Assembly (NCBI GenBank): GCA_963677485.1
Contig: OY781964.1
Span: 2,144,001 to 2,208,000, forward strand
DNA length: 64,000 nucleotides
Reading direction: 5' to 3'
DNA from: Armatimonadota bacterium
GTDB lineage: Bacteria; Armatimonadota; HRBIN16
In this document: one piece after another, positions 1 to 9,849 of the stretch
How positions within the stretch are numbered: the stretch's first letter is position 1
Layout of the letters: every line of letters starts with the position of its first letter
Translations under genes and position numbers: made by a program
Notes under the pieces: model-generated
Told to the model about the DNA's origin: nothing
What the model saw: only the letters and a program-made list of their open reading frames with translations
Databases searched by the model: none

Positions 1-1360
1 GAATGACGGCTGGGAACAGTACCCCCAGCAGGTAGTCCTTTAAATCCACCCGGAACTTCGCACATGCCATGCGTACGACATAAAGAAGGTTGACGAGGAT
101 GGCAGTTAACAGTGTGCCATACGCCACACCGTTCAAGCCGATCCAGTAACCCAGCAGGAAGCTGAATCCGATGTTGACGGCTATTCCCAGAACAGCCGCC
201 TTGGCAGCCATTTTGTGAAAGCCGGTCATGGCAAGCACCATAGAGGCTACTTCCTGCAGCATCGATATGGACATGGCCGTGACGAGGATGATGAGCACGG
301 GCCCTGCTTTCACGAAATGTTCACTTCTCATCCAGGTGACGATCAGGTGGGTGCCCAGCGTATAGATGACCACGGTGATCATGATGGTGATGGCCCAGGC
401 ATATTTACTGCCTCTCAACAGCACATTGCGGATGGCCCAGAAATCATCTTTGCCTTTTAACTCAGCCACATAGGGCGACAAGACATTCACGACCTGCTTG
501 GTCAGCAGGTAAAGTGTCTCCGAAATCTTCAAGGCGATGCCATAATAACTGACCTGCATGGTGTCTTTGAGCACCAGGTTGACCACAATGGGGTCGGTGC
601 GCAGATATACCAACGCAGCCACATTGATCACCAGTTGCGTGGCACCAAAGCTGGCGGCTTCCCGCAGCAGTTTGGGATCCCACTTCCGTGGATCAATGTG
701 CAGGCGATCCACCAATTTGTAGCTGAGCACGACGAATGGCAGATTATCAATGAACAGGCACACCAGGTTGACTATGGCCAGTGCCACCATGCGGTCTTTG
801 ATGGCCAGACCGCTGGCTGGTGAGAGCACATACCAGCCAATGAGCGCATAACTTGTGGCTGCGATCGCTTGATAGACGTTGATCATGCTGATGCGCTGTT
901 CGCCAAAGAGGATGCCGCGGAACATGGCCAGCGGTAGCCCAAGCGTGACGAACCGGGCGAGCAGGATATAATAGGTCAACATCGAGGCTCCCTGCCGGTC
1001 GACAGGGATGTGCAGGGTATGCAGCATGATCAGCGAAAACAAAATACCGACTACGGTAGTTCCTGCAGATATCCACAGATACACAGCGGCAAAGGTGCTA
1101 AGCATCTTGTTGCGGAATTCTATATCGCCGCTGCCCTTGCAGTGCGCCACATACTTCACAACGCTGGTGGCGAAGCCGAAGTCGGCCAGACCGAAAATAC
1201 CGACCACAGACATCACCAGAGTCCATATACCGAACTCACGTTCGCCCAACTGTCGGACCATGTATGGGGTGTAGAAGAAGAAGATGATGATGGTCAGCAG
1301 TGTCTGAAGATAGTTCGACACGCTGTTTTTCATGACTGTTTTGACGCTGTCGTCGTTCAT
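1..1360 (-). CDS. Wzx-type polysaccharide flippase, runs off the window edge
   Basis: Manual translation from ATG at 1360: MNDDSVKTVMKNSVSNYLQTLLTIIIFFFYTPYMVRQLGEREFGIWTLVMSVVGIFGLADFGFATSVVKYVA, a typical flippase N-terminus. ATGA overlap with the upstream gene's stop. Absent from the ORF track, presumably because its stop lies outside the window. Confidence 0.85.
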   Translation of the reverse strand, partial: MNDDSVKTVMKNSVSNYLQTLLTIIIFFFYTPYMVRQLGEREFGIWTLVMSVVGIFGLADFGFATSVVKYVAHCKGSGDIEFRNKMLSTFAAVYLWISAGTTVVGILFSLIMLHTLHIPVDRQGASMLTYYILLARFVTLGLPLAMFRGILFGEQRISMINVYQAIAATSYALIGWYVLSPASGLAIKDRMVALAIVNLVCLFIDNLPFVVLSYKLVDRLHIDPRKWDPKLLREAASFGATQLVINVAALVYLRTDPIVVNLVLKDTMQVSYYGIALKISETLYLLTKQVVNVLSPYVAELKGKDDFWAIRNVLLRGSKYAWAITIMITVVIYTLGTHLIVTWMRSEHFVKAGPVLIILVTAMSISMLQEVASMVLAMTGFHKMAAKAAVLGIAVNIGFSFLLGYWIGLNGVAYGTLLTAILVNLLYVVRMACAKFRVDLKDYLLGVLFPAVI

Positions 1361-2817
1361 GCCTGCTCATTCTCCTTCTGCAGCTGCAGCATCCGCTTTT
1401 CTCTGCGCGCGGCTAACATCTTTTGTATCTTGAATGCATGTTGTTTCTTTACCATCACCTGATCACGGTGGACGATACCGGCTACTGTGCCCATCATGAA
1501 GTGAACGAGCAGGAATAAAGGGGTTTGACGGAACTCCCATTCTGTCTGGCTTTGAATCAACGCAGCCGTGAGACCCCAAAAAGCACCGGTGCCCATCATT
1601 CGGAACAGGTCATTGCCTTTTTTGAACAGGAATGGGGTCACCAGACTATACCAGCGCAGCCACACTATCGCAAAAAACAGCACACCCGGATACCCCAGCT
1701 CCCCCTGTGTGAGAGCAGACAGGCTGTGTCCAGGTGCGGCCTGTGCCAAGTCAGGAGAGTTTCTGGGCACTTCCATGTCTGGCATCGTGTTTACGTCAGT
1801 GTAGGGGTTATATTCCATTCCCAGCATCGCACCATATTTATTGGTAGCTGCCCAACTCCAGTTGTTCAATCCAACCCCCAACGGCTCATCTGCACGCATC
1901 AATGCAGCAAGGTTGAAATAATAACCACGGCCTTGTGTGGGGTCATCGGTTATTTCCTCCTTGTTCTCCTCCATGCGTCCGCCGATGGTGTCCCAGCTTT
2001 GTGCAATCACGAAACTTCCTGCGATGACGGCGATCGACATGATGATGATGTTGCGCGGCTTCGGCTTGAACAATCCCGCACTCCAGGCGGAACCAGCACT
2101 CACCAGCATCACGGTCACAAATCCAGTGCGGCTTTGCGTCAGCACCACGGCAATGATAGCTAAAGGTATGCCGATGAAACAGAGTGTCCTGGTTTTCGAC
2201 GGGGCGTTACTGAAAGCCACCGAGATGCACACTGCCACACAGATACAACAATACATCGAGAGTGTGTTCGGGTTATCTGTCAGTCCCTTTACACGGTTCA
2301 TGCCCATACGGTATCTCTGCGTGATCGCCTCGTAACCCTGGTATATCGCCACCATGGCGAAGGCGTTGACGACTAAGATCAGATCATTCCGGTCCCGTAT
2401 ATTGATAGCCACCGTGGAATAAGCGACGATACCTCGAAGTATCTTCGAAAGCTCGTATACCCCAAAGAGCTTGGGTTCATGCATCAGCACATTGATGATG
2501 CAATAGACGAAGTAAAGCAACAAAGGAGCCATACCAGCCGGTGTGAATGGCTTCTTATCACGTTTGGTCTGGATTAATGCGACTCCAAGCAGAATCCACA
2601 CCATCATGTCGACGTAGCTGACTTCGATCCCGCGTGTGGTGCCTCTGTACCAATCGCGCCCTATGAAGTTGATATCCACCAGGTCTGTTTTCGTGGTGCA
2701 AAACACCAGTAAAAACATCAGCGCGTTTCGGAGCATCTTGTTATTCATCGCCAACACGATCCCAATTGGTGTTGCGATGATGAAGAGTCCGAGAACAATC
2801 GCCTCTTTAGCGGTCAA
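1357..2817 (-). CDS. O-antigen ligase / Wzy_C family membrane protein
   Basis: Multi-TM protein with NPNTLSMY, TQSRTG, PLGVGLNN and H-S-x6-ELGYPG motifs; lies between a glycosyltransferase and a flippase. Confidence 0.8.
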   Translation of the reverse strand: MTAKEAIVLGLFIIATPIGIVLAMNNKMLRNALMFLLVFCTTKTDLVDINFIGRDWYRGTTRGIEVSYVDMMVWILLGVALIQTKRDKKPFTPAGMAPLLLYFVYCIINVLMHEPKLFGVYELSKILRGIVAYSTVAINIRDRNDLILVVNAFAMVAIYQGYEAITQRYRMGMNRVKGLTDNPNTLSMYCCICVAVCISVAFSNAPSKTRTLCFIGIPLAIIAVVLTQSRTGFVTVMLVSAGSAWSAGLFKPKPRNIIIMSIAVIAGSFVIAQSWDTIGGRMEENKEEITDDPTQGRGYYFNLAALMRADEPLGVGLNNWSWAATNKYGAMLGMEYNPYTDVNTMPDMEVPRNSPDLAQAAPGHSLSALTQGELGYPGVLFFAIVWLRWYSLVTPFLFKKGNDLFRMMGTGAFWGLTAALIQSQTEWEFRQTPLFLLVHFMMGTVAGIVHRDQVMVKKQHAFKIQKMLAARREKRMLQLQKENEQA

Positions 2818-2820
2818 GTG

Positions 2821-3894
2821 CTATACCGCCTGCTGCGCGTCTGGGCGGAGTTCGCCCTTACTCTTCAACTCCATAAATAGCTTATCTAGCAGCCGACTGC
2901 CGGCATCATCGAACAGATACTGCTGTGCATATTCAAGACCCTGCGTGATCAGCTTCTGACGCAAAACCTCATCTGTGCTGACCCTCTCGATGGCCTGCTT
3001 CAACCCCTCTACATCACCCATCTCCACAAACAGCGCGTTTTCGCCATCCTGGATATAGTCTTCGGTACCGATACATCGTGTGGCGATACACGGGGTTTCA
3101 AGGGCAAGACTTTGGATGAAGGTCATCTGGCCGCTGGCGGTATCTTTGTTGCTGACCGGGATCACGCAGATGTCACTCTCCGCGATGATGCTCAGATAGT
3201 CGTATTGCGAAATACTTTGCAGCAAGGTGACATTTTCGGGCATTGGAAGCCCTTCCACCGCATAGGGATGCGTCACCACTACCAGGTGTACGGGCAGATT
3301 CTCGATCGCTTTGAACAGAGAGGCATAGTCGCGGCTGCTGCTGCCCAGCGCACTGATGAAGTGCTCAGGCAGTTTATATTTCTCGCGTGTTCCTGAATAT
3401 TCCTGACGGGTGATCTTGCTGATAGTCAGTGGTGTGAATACAAACTTCTCAATGGGCAGCTCCAGGGTTTGTGAATAAGCGGTGCGCTCATGATTACTAT
3501 AAACAATGAAACGGTTCACACTGCGCAGGAACTTCTTGCTTAGCCGCTGAGTAAGCCCCTGGTAGGCATGCCCCATGTTGAACAGCCACACGATGTGAGG
3601 TGTGGTGTCATGAAACATCAACTGCATCACACTCATTGCGAAGCCCACCTGGGGGAAAGATGTGACCACCAAATCGTAACGATGAAAGAACATATGCCAT
3701 CGCGCTTTGGCTGCCAGTCTGAAATACATCAGCCACTTCAAGGCACCTGTGCGTTTTTGGGTGATATCTGGTTTGATGTTGAGGCCGATATAGCCACATT
3801 CGTATTCCTCAGCGTTCAGGTACTCCCCCAGCCAGGTGCGCTCGGGGCGAAGGAACCAGGCAACGAATAGAATCCTTCGTTTACGTGGAGCCAT
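2821..3894 (-). CDS. Glycosyltransferase, GT-B fold (GT4-like)
   Basis: C-terminal SDICVIP...SGQMTFIQSLALETPCIAT...IQDGENALFV..GDVEGLKQAI is a Glycos_transf_1-like pattern. Confidence 0.8.
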   Translation of the reverse strand: MAPRKRRILFVAWFLRPERTWLGEYLNAEEYECGYIGLNIKPDITQKRTGALKWLMYFRLAAKARWHMFFHRYDLVVTSFPQVGFAMSVMQLMFHDTTPHIVWLFNMGHAYQGLTQRLSKKFLRSVNRFIVYSNHERTAYSQTLELPIEKFVFTPLTISKITRQEYSGTREKYKLPEHFISALGSSSRDYASLFKAIENLPVHLVVVTHPYAVEGLPMPENVTLLQSISQYDYLSIIAESDICVIPVSNKDTASGQMTFIQSLALETPCIATRCIGTEDYIQDGENALFVEMGDVEGLKQAIERVSTDEVLRQKLITQGLEYAQQYLFDDAGSRLLDKLFMELKSKGELRPDAQQAV

Positions 3895-4242
3895 AGAGTA
3901 TCCCCCTTATGATAGATGATGAATCAATAAACCGATAGATGATATGCAACAACAACCCGCACCCAATCTGGCCGAGTAGTTACTAGATGCATTTATTCTA
4001 CCATTCATGGTCATGTAATTGGTGTGTTGCGTGTTTACAGCTTATGTGAGGGGTGGTTGGCATCCGTAGCACGTTGGCACGGCTACACCTCCCCATGATG
4101 ATATGTTTGGGATATTTGAAATATGGCTAAAATCACACCCACATTGGCACATGCAAATGATAAAATGTTAAAGGCCTGTTAATCGGGCTTTAGACGATGT
4201 CCACAATGATGCTGATTGCACCATTTGAGAGGAGCCAACAGA

Positions 4243-4869
4243 TTGCGATTCACTAAGAAGGATAGCATCTTCTACGATATGCTGATTAAGCAGGCGGAGC
4301 TAGCATGTGAAGCCGCCGAAGCTTTCAAAACTATGGTCTCTGACATGGAGAACGCCTCCATGTATCAAAAACAAATCGTGACACTAGAGCACGATGCCGA
4401 CGAAGTGACCCATCAATTAGCCAATAAGGCGGATGCGACGTTCGTCACACCTTTGGATAAAGAGGATCTTCGCGTTTTAAGCTCGCAGTTGGATGATGTG
4501 ATGGACCACATAGAATCCGCTGCCAGTCGGCTGCTGTTATACCGACTGACGGAAGTACGCCCTGACCTGCTTCGGCATCTCGACATTCTATGCCGTGCGA
4601 CGCAGGCAACCAGAGTTGCAGTGACCAGTATGAAAGATGCCAGCCATCGCGCCGCTATGCATGACACCATCGTGGCCATTCACCGCATAGAAAATGAGGG
4701 AGACCTGGCTTTCCGTAAAGCACTGTCTGACCTGCATTTTGAAGTTGAACACCCAGATCCGCTGATGGTCATGCGTTGGAAAGAGATATACGACCGAGTA
4801 GAAGTCTCCGTAGATGCGTGTGAGGATGTAGCCAACTCAATAGAGAGCGTGCTGATCAAATATGCCTGA
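4243..4869 (+). CDS. DUF47 / PhoU-like phosphate transport regulator
   Basis: LEHDADEV...FVTPLDKED...LDDVMD...IENEGD...WKEIYD...DACEDVAN; in-frame TTG at 4243 preceded by GAGGAG; overlaps pit. Confidence 0.9.
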   Translation: MRFTKKDSIFYDMLIKQAELACEAAEAFKTMVSDMENASMYQKQIVTLEHDADEVTHQLANKADATFVTPLDKEDLRVLSSQLDDVMDHIESAASRLLLYRLTEVRPDLLRHLDILCRATQATRVAVTSMKDASHRAAMHDTIVAIHRIENEGDLAFRKALSDLHFEVEHPDPLMVMRWKEIYDRVEVSVDACEDVANSIESVLIKYA

Positions 4870-5884
4870 TTTCGCGCACATCCCGCCTGTCGTGATACTC
4901 ACGATTATTTTCGCGTTGGCATTTGACTACATCAATGGATTTCACGATACCGCCAACTCGATCGCCACTGTAGTCAGTACCCGAGTCATGACCCCGCGAT
5001 CCGCCATCATGATGGCGGCGATCTTAAACTTCGTAGGGGCTCTGGTAGCACACAATGTTTCGAAAACAATCTCTCAAGGACTAGTAGATCCTTCCGGTGC
5101 CCCGCAGACGGTGGTTTTGGCTGCCGTGATGGCAGGTATCGTATGGAATCTGATCACGTGGAAATACGGCATCCCAAGCTCCAGTTCTCATGCGTTGATT
5201 GGGGGACTGGTTGGCGCGGCCATCGTGCATGCCGGGACTGATGTGGTGAAGTGGGAAGGCGTCATCCATAAAGTGGTGCTTCCGCTGTTTTTATCACCCA
5301 TGATGGGCTTCCTGGTAGGCTGGATCATCATGCATGTCATCTACCGCGTGTTTAGCGATGCTCATCCTGGCAAAATCGGTGCAGGATTTAGAAATCTCCA
5401 GAGGTTCTCAGCCGCTTTCATGGCCTATAGTCATGGTATGAATGATGCGCAGAAGAGCATGGGCATCATCATGCTAGCTTTGGTTTCTGGAGGCATGGTT
5501 CCTCAATCGCAACTCAATAACCACCCACTCCTCTGGGTCATGATCGCTTGTGCCACTGCCATGGCCCTGGGAACTTCGGCTGGAGGCTGGCGCATCATCA
5601 AGACCATGGGCCATAAAATCATCCGCTTGGAACCCGTCCATGGTTTTGCAGCAGAAACAGCCGCCGCCACAGTGATTACACTAGCCAGCCGGTGGGGTAT
5701 GCCTGTCAGCACCACGCATGTGATCGCGGGCAGTATATTCGGCGTAGGCTGCAGCAAGCGGGCAAGTGCCGTCCGATGGGGTGTGGCCATAGAGATGGTC
5801 ATCGCCTGGTTCCTGACGCTTCCCGCCGCGGCAGCTTTGGCAGCCGTCATCTACTGGCTTCTAGAACATGTGTTCCATATCTAA
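4862..5884 (+). CDS. pit: PiT-family inorganic phosphate transporter
   Basis: Signature motifs NGFHDTANSIAT, PSSSSHALIG, HGMNDAQK, PVSTTH. Confidence 0.95.
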   Translation: MPDFAHIPPVVILTIIFALAFDYINGFHDTANSIATVVSTRVMTPRSAIMMAAILNFVGALVAHNVSKTISQGLVDPSGAPQTVVLAAVMAGIVWNLITWKYGIPSSSSHALIGGLVGAAIVHAGTDVVKWEGVIHKVVLPLFLSPMMGFLVGWIIMHVIYRVFSDAHPGKIGAGFRNLQRFSAAFMAYSHGMNDAQKSMGIIMLALVSGGMVPQSQLNNHPLLWVMIACATAMALGTSAGGWRIIKTMGHKIIRLEPVHGFAAETAAATVITLASRWGMPVSTTHVIAGSIFGVGCSKRASAVRWGVAIEMVIAWFLTLPAAAALAAVIYWLLEHVFHI

Positions 5885-6081
5885 TAGTAAGATCCGAAGA
5901 CCCGTTTGTCCGATCGCTGGGCGTCTGGTATTGGCTAGCGTAATACATCGTCCAGCGAATTCTCTCTAGATTTCGCAAAACCCCTCTGAAATGCTTGAAT
6001 CGGCATACCAGCTCTGGTAACATAGGTTTAAGAGCAACCGGCTGCCGTCAATCATCATCTAAGGAACAAGAGAATAAGCCA

Positions 6082-6753
6082 GTGTCTTCGGATATAGAAG
6101 CAATGAACCTTAGCGATTTTCGACGTTTCCAGGGGCAGACAGACCGAGAGGTCATTGTCTGTGCGCAATATGGAGACCAAACAGCGTCAGAGTATATACT
6201 TTTTAAGTATCGAAACCTTGTGCGCACCAAAGTGAAGACCTACTTCCTTTTGGGCGCCGAGCGTGACGACCTGCTTCAGGTGGGCATGATCGGTCTGTGG
6301 CAAGCTATTATTGACTACAGCGTGGAGCGGCCCATCTCCTTCCCCGCTTTTGCCAAAGTGTGCATTCAGCGGCACATCATCACGGCGATTAAAGCTGCCA
6401 CACGCCAAAAGCAGATGCCTCTCAACCACTCACTTTCGTTGGAGATATCTTCGTCTGACGAGGATTCCGACTGGAGCCTGGCAGACATGCTGCCCGCCAG
6501 CAACGAAAATGACCCTGAGAACCGGCTGCTGCGGGCCGAAGACACCCGGAACCTGAAACACGACCTGGATAACATGCTGAGCCACTTCGAGTGGAACGTG
6601 CTGCAGCACTACCGCTACGGCAAGTCCTACAAAGAGATCGCCGACAGCTTGGGCTGTAAGCCGAAGTCGGTAGATAACGCCCTGGCGCGCATCAAGCGCA
6701 AGGTGCTGGACATGCAGATCGGCGACGCCGACTTGCGGGATATTTTCGTGTAG
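6082..6753 (+). CDS. sigH: RNA polymerase sigma factor, SigH-like
   Basis: YFLLGAERDDLLQVGMIGL, FAKVCIQRHIITAIKAATRQKQMPLN, GKSYKEIA...KSVDNALARIKRK match the Firmicute SigH pattern. Start uncertain (GTG 6082 or ATG 6103). Confidence 0.85.
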   Translation: MSSDIEAMNLSDFRRFQGQTDREVIVCAQYGDQTASEYILFKYRNLVRTKVKTYFLLGAERDDLLQVGMIGLWQAIIDYSVERPISFPAFAKVCIQRHIITAIKAATRQKQMPLNHSLSLEISSSDEDSDWSLADMLPASNENDPENRLLRAEDTRNLKHDLDNMLSHFEWNVLQHYRYGKSYKEIADSLGCKPKSVDNALARIKRKVLDMQIGDADLRDIFV

Positions 6754-6761
6754 GGGTTTGA

Positions 6762-7550
6762 GGGTCGGTTTTGATTGCCACAGTCCGGGGCGGTTTTCTC
6801 CTAACCGCGCCGGTCTTTTTTTCGGGCCAAAGGCTTTCCGGCTATCCGTGGCGGTTTTCGTTGCCTGAGTCCGGGGAGTAATTCCATATCTACACCTGTC
6901 TTGATTGCCTGTGTCCGGGGCGGTTTTCTCCTAACCGCGCCGGTCTTGGTTTTTTCGGGCCAAGCGATTTCCGGCTAACCGCCAGACCGGCGCGGTCTTA
7001 AGCCATCCTCTACCGCTAGCTTACTGACAGACCGCCCCGGACATAGCCAATAGAGATTTATGGAAAAAAGACGCGCCTAAGTTTGGCGCGGTTTTCTCTA
7101 ACCACGCCTGTCTTGATTGCCTGAGTCCGGGGCGGTTTTCTCCTAACCGCGCCGGTCTTGATTTTTCGGGACAAGGGACTTTCAGGCTAACCGCCAGACC
7201 GGCGCGGTCTATAGCCTTCCTCTACCGCTAGCTTCCTGTCAGACCGCCCCGGACATAGCCAATGAGGATTTTCGGAAAGAAGATACGCCTAAGTCCGGGG
7301 CGGTTTTCCCCTAACCGCCCCGGTCTTGATTTTTCGGGCCAAGCGATTTCCGGCTAACCGTCAGACCGGCGCGGTCTTAAGCCATCCTCTACCGCTAGCT
7401 TACTGACAGACCGCCCCGGACATAGCCAATGGGGATTTTAGGAAAAGAAGAGGTGCCAACTTCCAGGGCAGTTATTTCTAACCTCGCCGGTCTTGATTTC
7501 GGGACAAGAGATATAGGGTTATCCGCCAGACCGCCCCGGCCAGTGCCGAT
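6762..7550. repeat. REP/REPIN-like palindromic repeat array, left flank of RAYT
   Basis: ~130-bp units GTCCGGGGCGGT...ACCGCGCCGGTCT...AGACCGGCGCGGT...ACCGCCCCGGAC at 6913-7042, 7125-7254 and 7293-7421, plus partial copies. Confidence 0.9.
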
Positions 7551-7579
7551 GGGTGCTTATTTATTCGCGGCCATTGGCC

Positions 7580-8176
7580 TTAGTCACTGTCATTGTCAAA
7601 CATATGATCCATGACGCCATATGAGATTACTTGCTTGTGGAACTCAATAATACTACTGCGGTTACCGAACAACTCCAGCAGCTCTTCGCGCTTGAGTATT
7701 GTCGGCTCATCCGATATAAGTGCGTGGTATGACGAATGTGGCCATGATGTAAAGTCATTGGTAAACGAGTGCTTCACCGGGTTCGTATGGATATAATAGA
7801 TCACTCTCGTCAAATAACTCTCAGACAAGATCAGTTGACGGCCGAATGGTTGCCGCCACAACCCACCAGATCGTTTGTAGGTATTGTTGTATGATTTGGC
7901 ATAGGCGTTTAGCAGGTTGTTGAAGCCGTGACTGACAGTGTTGGATGCATCTCCTACAGGGCCATCTACCGGTTTTGGTTTGACCTTGATTAGCATATGG
8001 AAGTGATTGCCCATGAGGCAATAAGCGTAGATATCCACAAGAGACGTCAGATGTTTATATGAAAGCTCAAGGAAATACGAGTAGTTTCGTTCTTCAATAA
8101 AAATGCGGGCATCTTGTATCCCTTTACCATAAATATGGTAAAAACACCCCTCACGAAAGACTGCACTCGCAGGCAT
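7580..8176 (-). mobile_element. REP-associated tyrosine transposase (RAYT / TnpA-REP, Y1 HUH family)
   Basis: FYHIY, AYCLMGNHFHML (HUH), GGLWRQPF, YIHTNP (catalytic Tyr), W..SSY; ATG 8176 with GAGGTGG RBS; AT-richer than its neighbours; repeat arrays on both sides. Confidence 0.92.
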
Positions 8177-8293
8177 ATCACCACCTCGTGTGACGAGAAC
8201 TGTGGCTTCAGTATACCGTAGAAAATAAGGTGATGGAAACCTGGAGACGGTAAGGTGAAGTTCGTGGGCAGTTGTCACCAGCGTCGGCCTTCG

Positions 8294-9022
8294 TTGCCTA
8301 AGTCCGGGGCGGTTTTCTCCTAACCGCGCCGGTCTTGGTGTTCGGGCCGAGCGATTTCCGGCTATCCGCCAGACCGGCGCGGTCTCAAGCCTTCCGCAGT
8401 CGCTAGCTTACTGACAGTCCGCCCCGGACATAGGCAATGGGGATTTTTGGAAAGAAGAGGCGCCAAAGTTGGGGGGCGGTATATGCTCACCGCGCTGGTC
8501 TTGATTTTTCGGGACAAGGGATTTCGGGCTATCCGCCAGACCGGCGCGGTCTAGAGCCTTCCGTTACCGCTAGCCTACTGACAGACCGCCCCGGACATAG
8601 GCAATGGGGGTTTTAGGAATGAAGACGCGCTTAAGTCCGGGCGGTATTCCTTGACTTCGCCGGTCTTGATTGCCTGTGTCCGGGGCGGTTTTCTCCTAAC
8701 CGCGCCGGTCTTGATTTCGGGACAAGCGATTTCAGGCTAACCGCCAGACCGGCGCGGTCTCAAGCCATCCGCTACCGCTAGCGTACTGTCAGACCGCCCC
8801 GGACATAGGCAATGGGGATTTTTGGAAAGAAGACGCGCCTAAGTTCGAGTAATATGCTAACGGCATCGGTCTTGATTTCGGGACAAGGGATTTAGGGCTA
8901 TCCGCCAGACCGGCGCGGTCTCAAGCCTTCCGCTACCGCTAGCTTCCTGACAGACCGCCCCGGACATAGGCAATAAGGACCACCCGAGCCGCCCCGGACA
9001 TTGGCAATCCAGACCGGCGCGG
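8294..9022. repeat. REP/REPIN-like palindromic repeat array, right flank of RAYT
   Basis: Same unit and orientation as the left array: 8302-8429, ~8468-8596, 8678-8804, ~8843-8965. Confidence 0.9.
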
Positions 9023-9055
9023 ATACAGCATTTCAACAACCCCCCCACGCGCACG

Positions 9056-9847
9056 CTACCGGTTCTGGCGGCGGGCCTCGAAGAGCAAGATGCCGCTGGC
9101 GACGACGACGTTCAGCGAATGCGCGCCGCCGCCCATGGGGATGGTGGCCATGTCGTCCAGCGAGCCTCGGGTGTCAGCGGTGAGGCCGCTGTCCTCGGTA
9201 CCGACCCACAGGCAGAGGGGCGCCTTGAGGGGGGCATCCCAGTGTGCCTGGTGCGAGCGGCTGGTGCTTCCTACCTGACGCCATCCCGACTGCCGGAAGG
9301 CCTGTATCGCCGGTTGCGAGTTATCCACGATGCACACCGGCACATCCGCGATGCTGCCGGTGGTGGCACGCACGCCAGCGCGGCTGTAGAGGTCGCCACA
9401 GGGGTGAATGAACACCACAGCCTTCACTCCCGCCGCATCGGCGGTACGCACCAGCATACCGCAGTTCCGGGGGTCTTGCAGGCACTCCGCCACCAGCACG
9501 ATGCCATCAGCCAGCTGCGCCAGGTCGCTCAAGCTAATCTGCTGCATCGGCATCACCGCCACCGCCATGCAGTTGGTGTCATACCCGGTGCCCATCAGTT
9601 TGGGAAACAGCCCCTTCTTGACCAGCATCACATGGACATGGGCCTTCAGGAGCTGTTCAGTGACCTGCGGGTCCACGTCCTCACGCAGCAGAACCCGTTC
9701 GGGTTTGATGCGGGCGTGGAGGGTTTTGAGCACCTGCTGCGCCCCCTCCAACAGAAACTTGCGTTCCTGCTGACGGGGGGCATTCTGGTTCAATCGGCTG
9801 GCGGAGACGAACAGAGGGTGTTTCTGCTCGGTGATCAGATCGGGCAT
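9056..9847 (-). CDS. TrmH/SpoU-family RNA methyltransferase
   Basis: SPOUT motifs LQDPRNCGMLVRTADAAG, VGTEDSGL, IPMGGGAHSLNV. Confidence 0.92.
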   Translation of the reverse strand: MPDLITEQKHPLFVSASRLNQNAPRQQERKFLLEGAQQVLKTLHARIKPERVLLREDVDPQVTEQLLKAHVHVMLVKKGLFPKLMGTGYDTNCMAVAVMPMQQISLSDLAQLADGIVLVAECLQDPRNCGMLVRTADAAGVKAVVFIHPCGDLYSRAGVRATTGSIADVPVCIVDNSQPAIQAFRQSGWRQVGSTSRSHQAHWDAPLKAPLCLWVGTEDSGLTADTRGSLDDMATIPMGGGAHSLNVVVASGILLFEARRQNR

Positions 9848-9849
9848 GA

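Noticed and set aside
6082-6753. sigH as evidence of sporulation
   Set aside because: SigH-like factors occur in non-sporulating lineages, and no other sporulation gene is present.
7580-8176. IS200/IS605 element with TnpB
   Set aside because: No tnpB; the protein length, C-terminal W..SSY motif and flanking repeat arrays fit a RAYT.
6762-9022. CRISPR array interpretation of the repeats
   Set aside because: Units are ~130 bp, the intervening sequences are homologous rather than unique spacers, spacing is irregular, no cas genes are present, and a RAYT sits in the middle.
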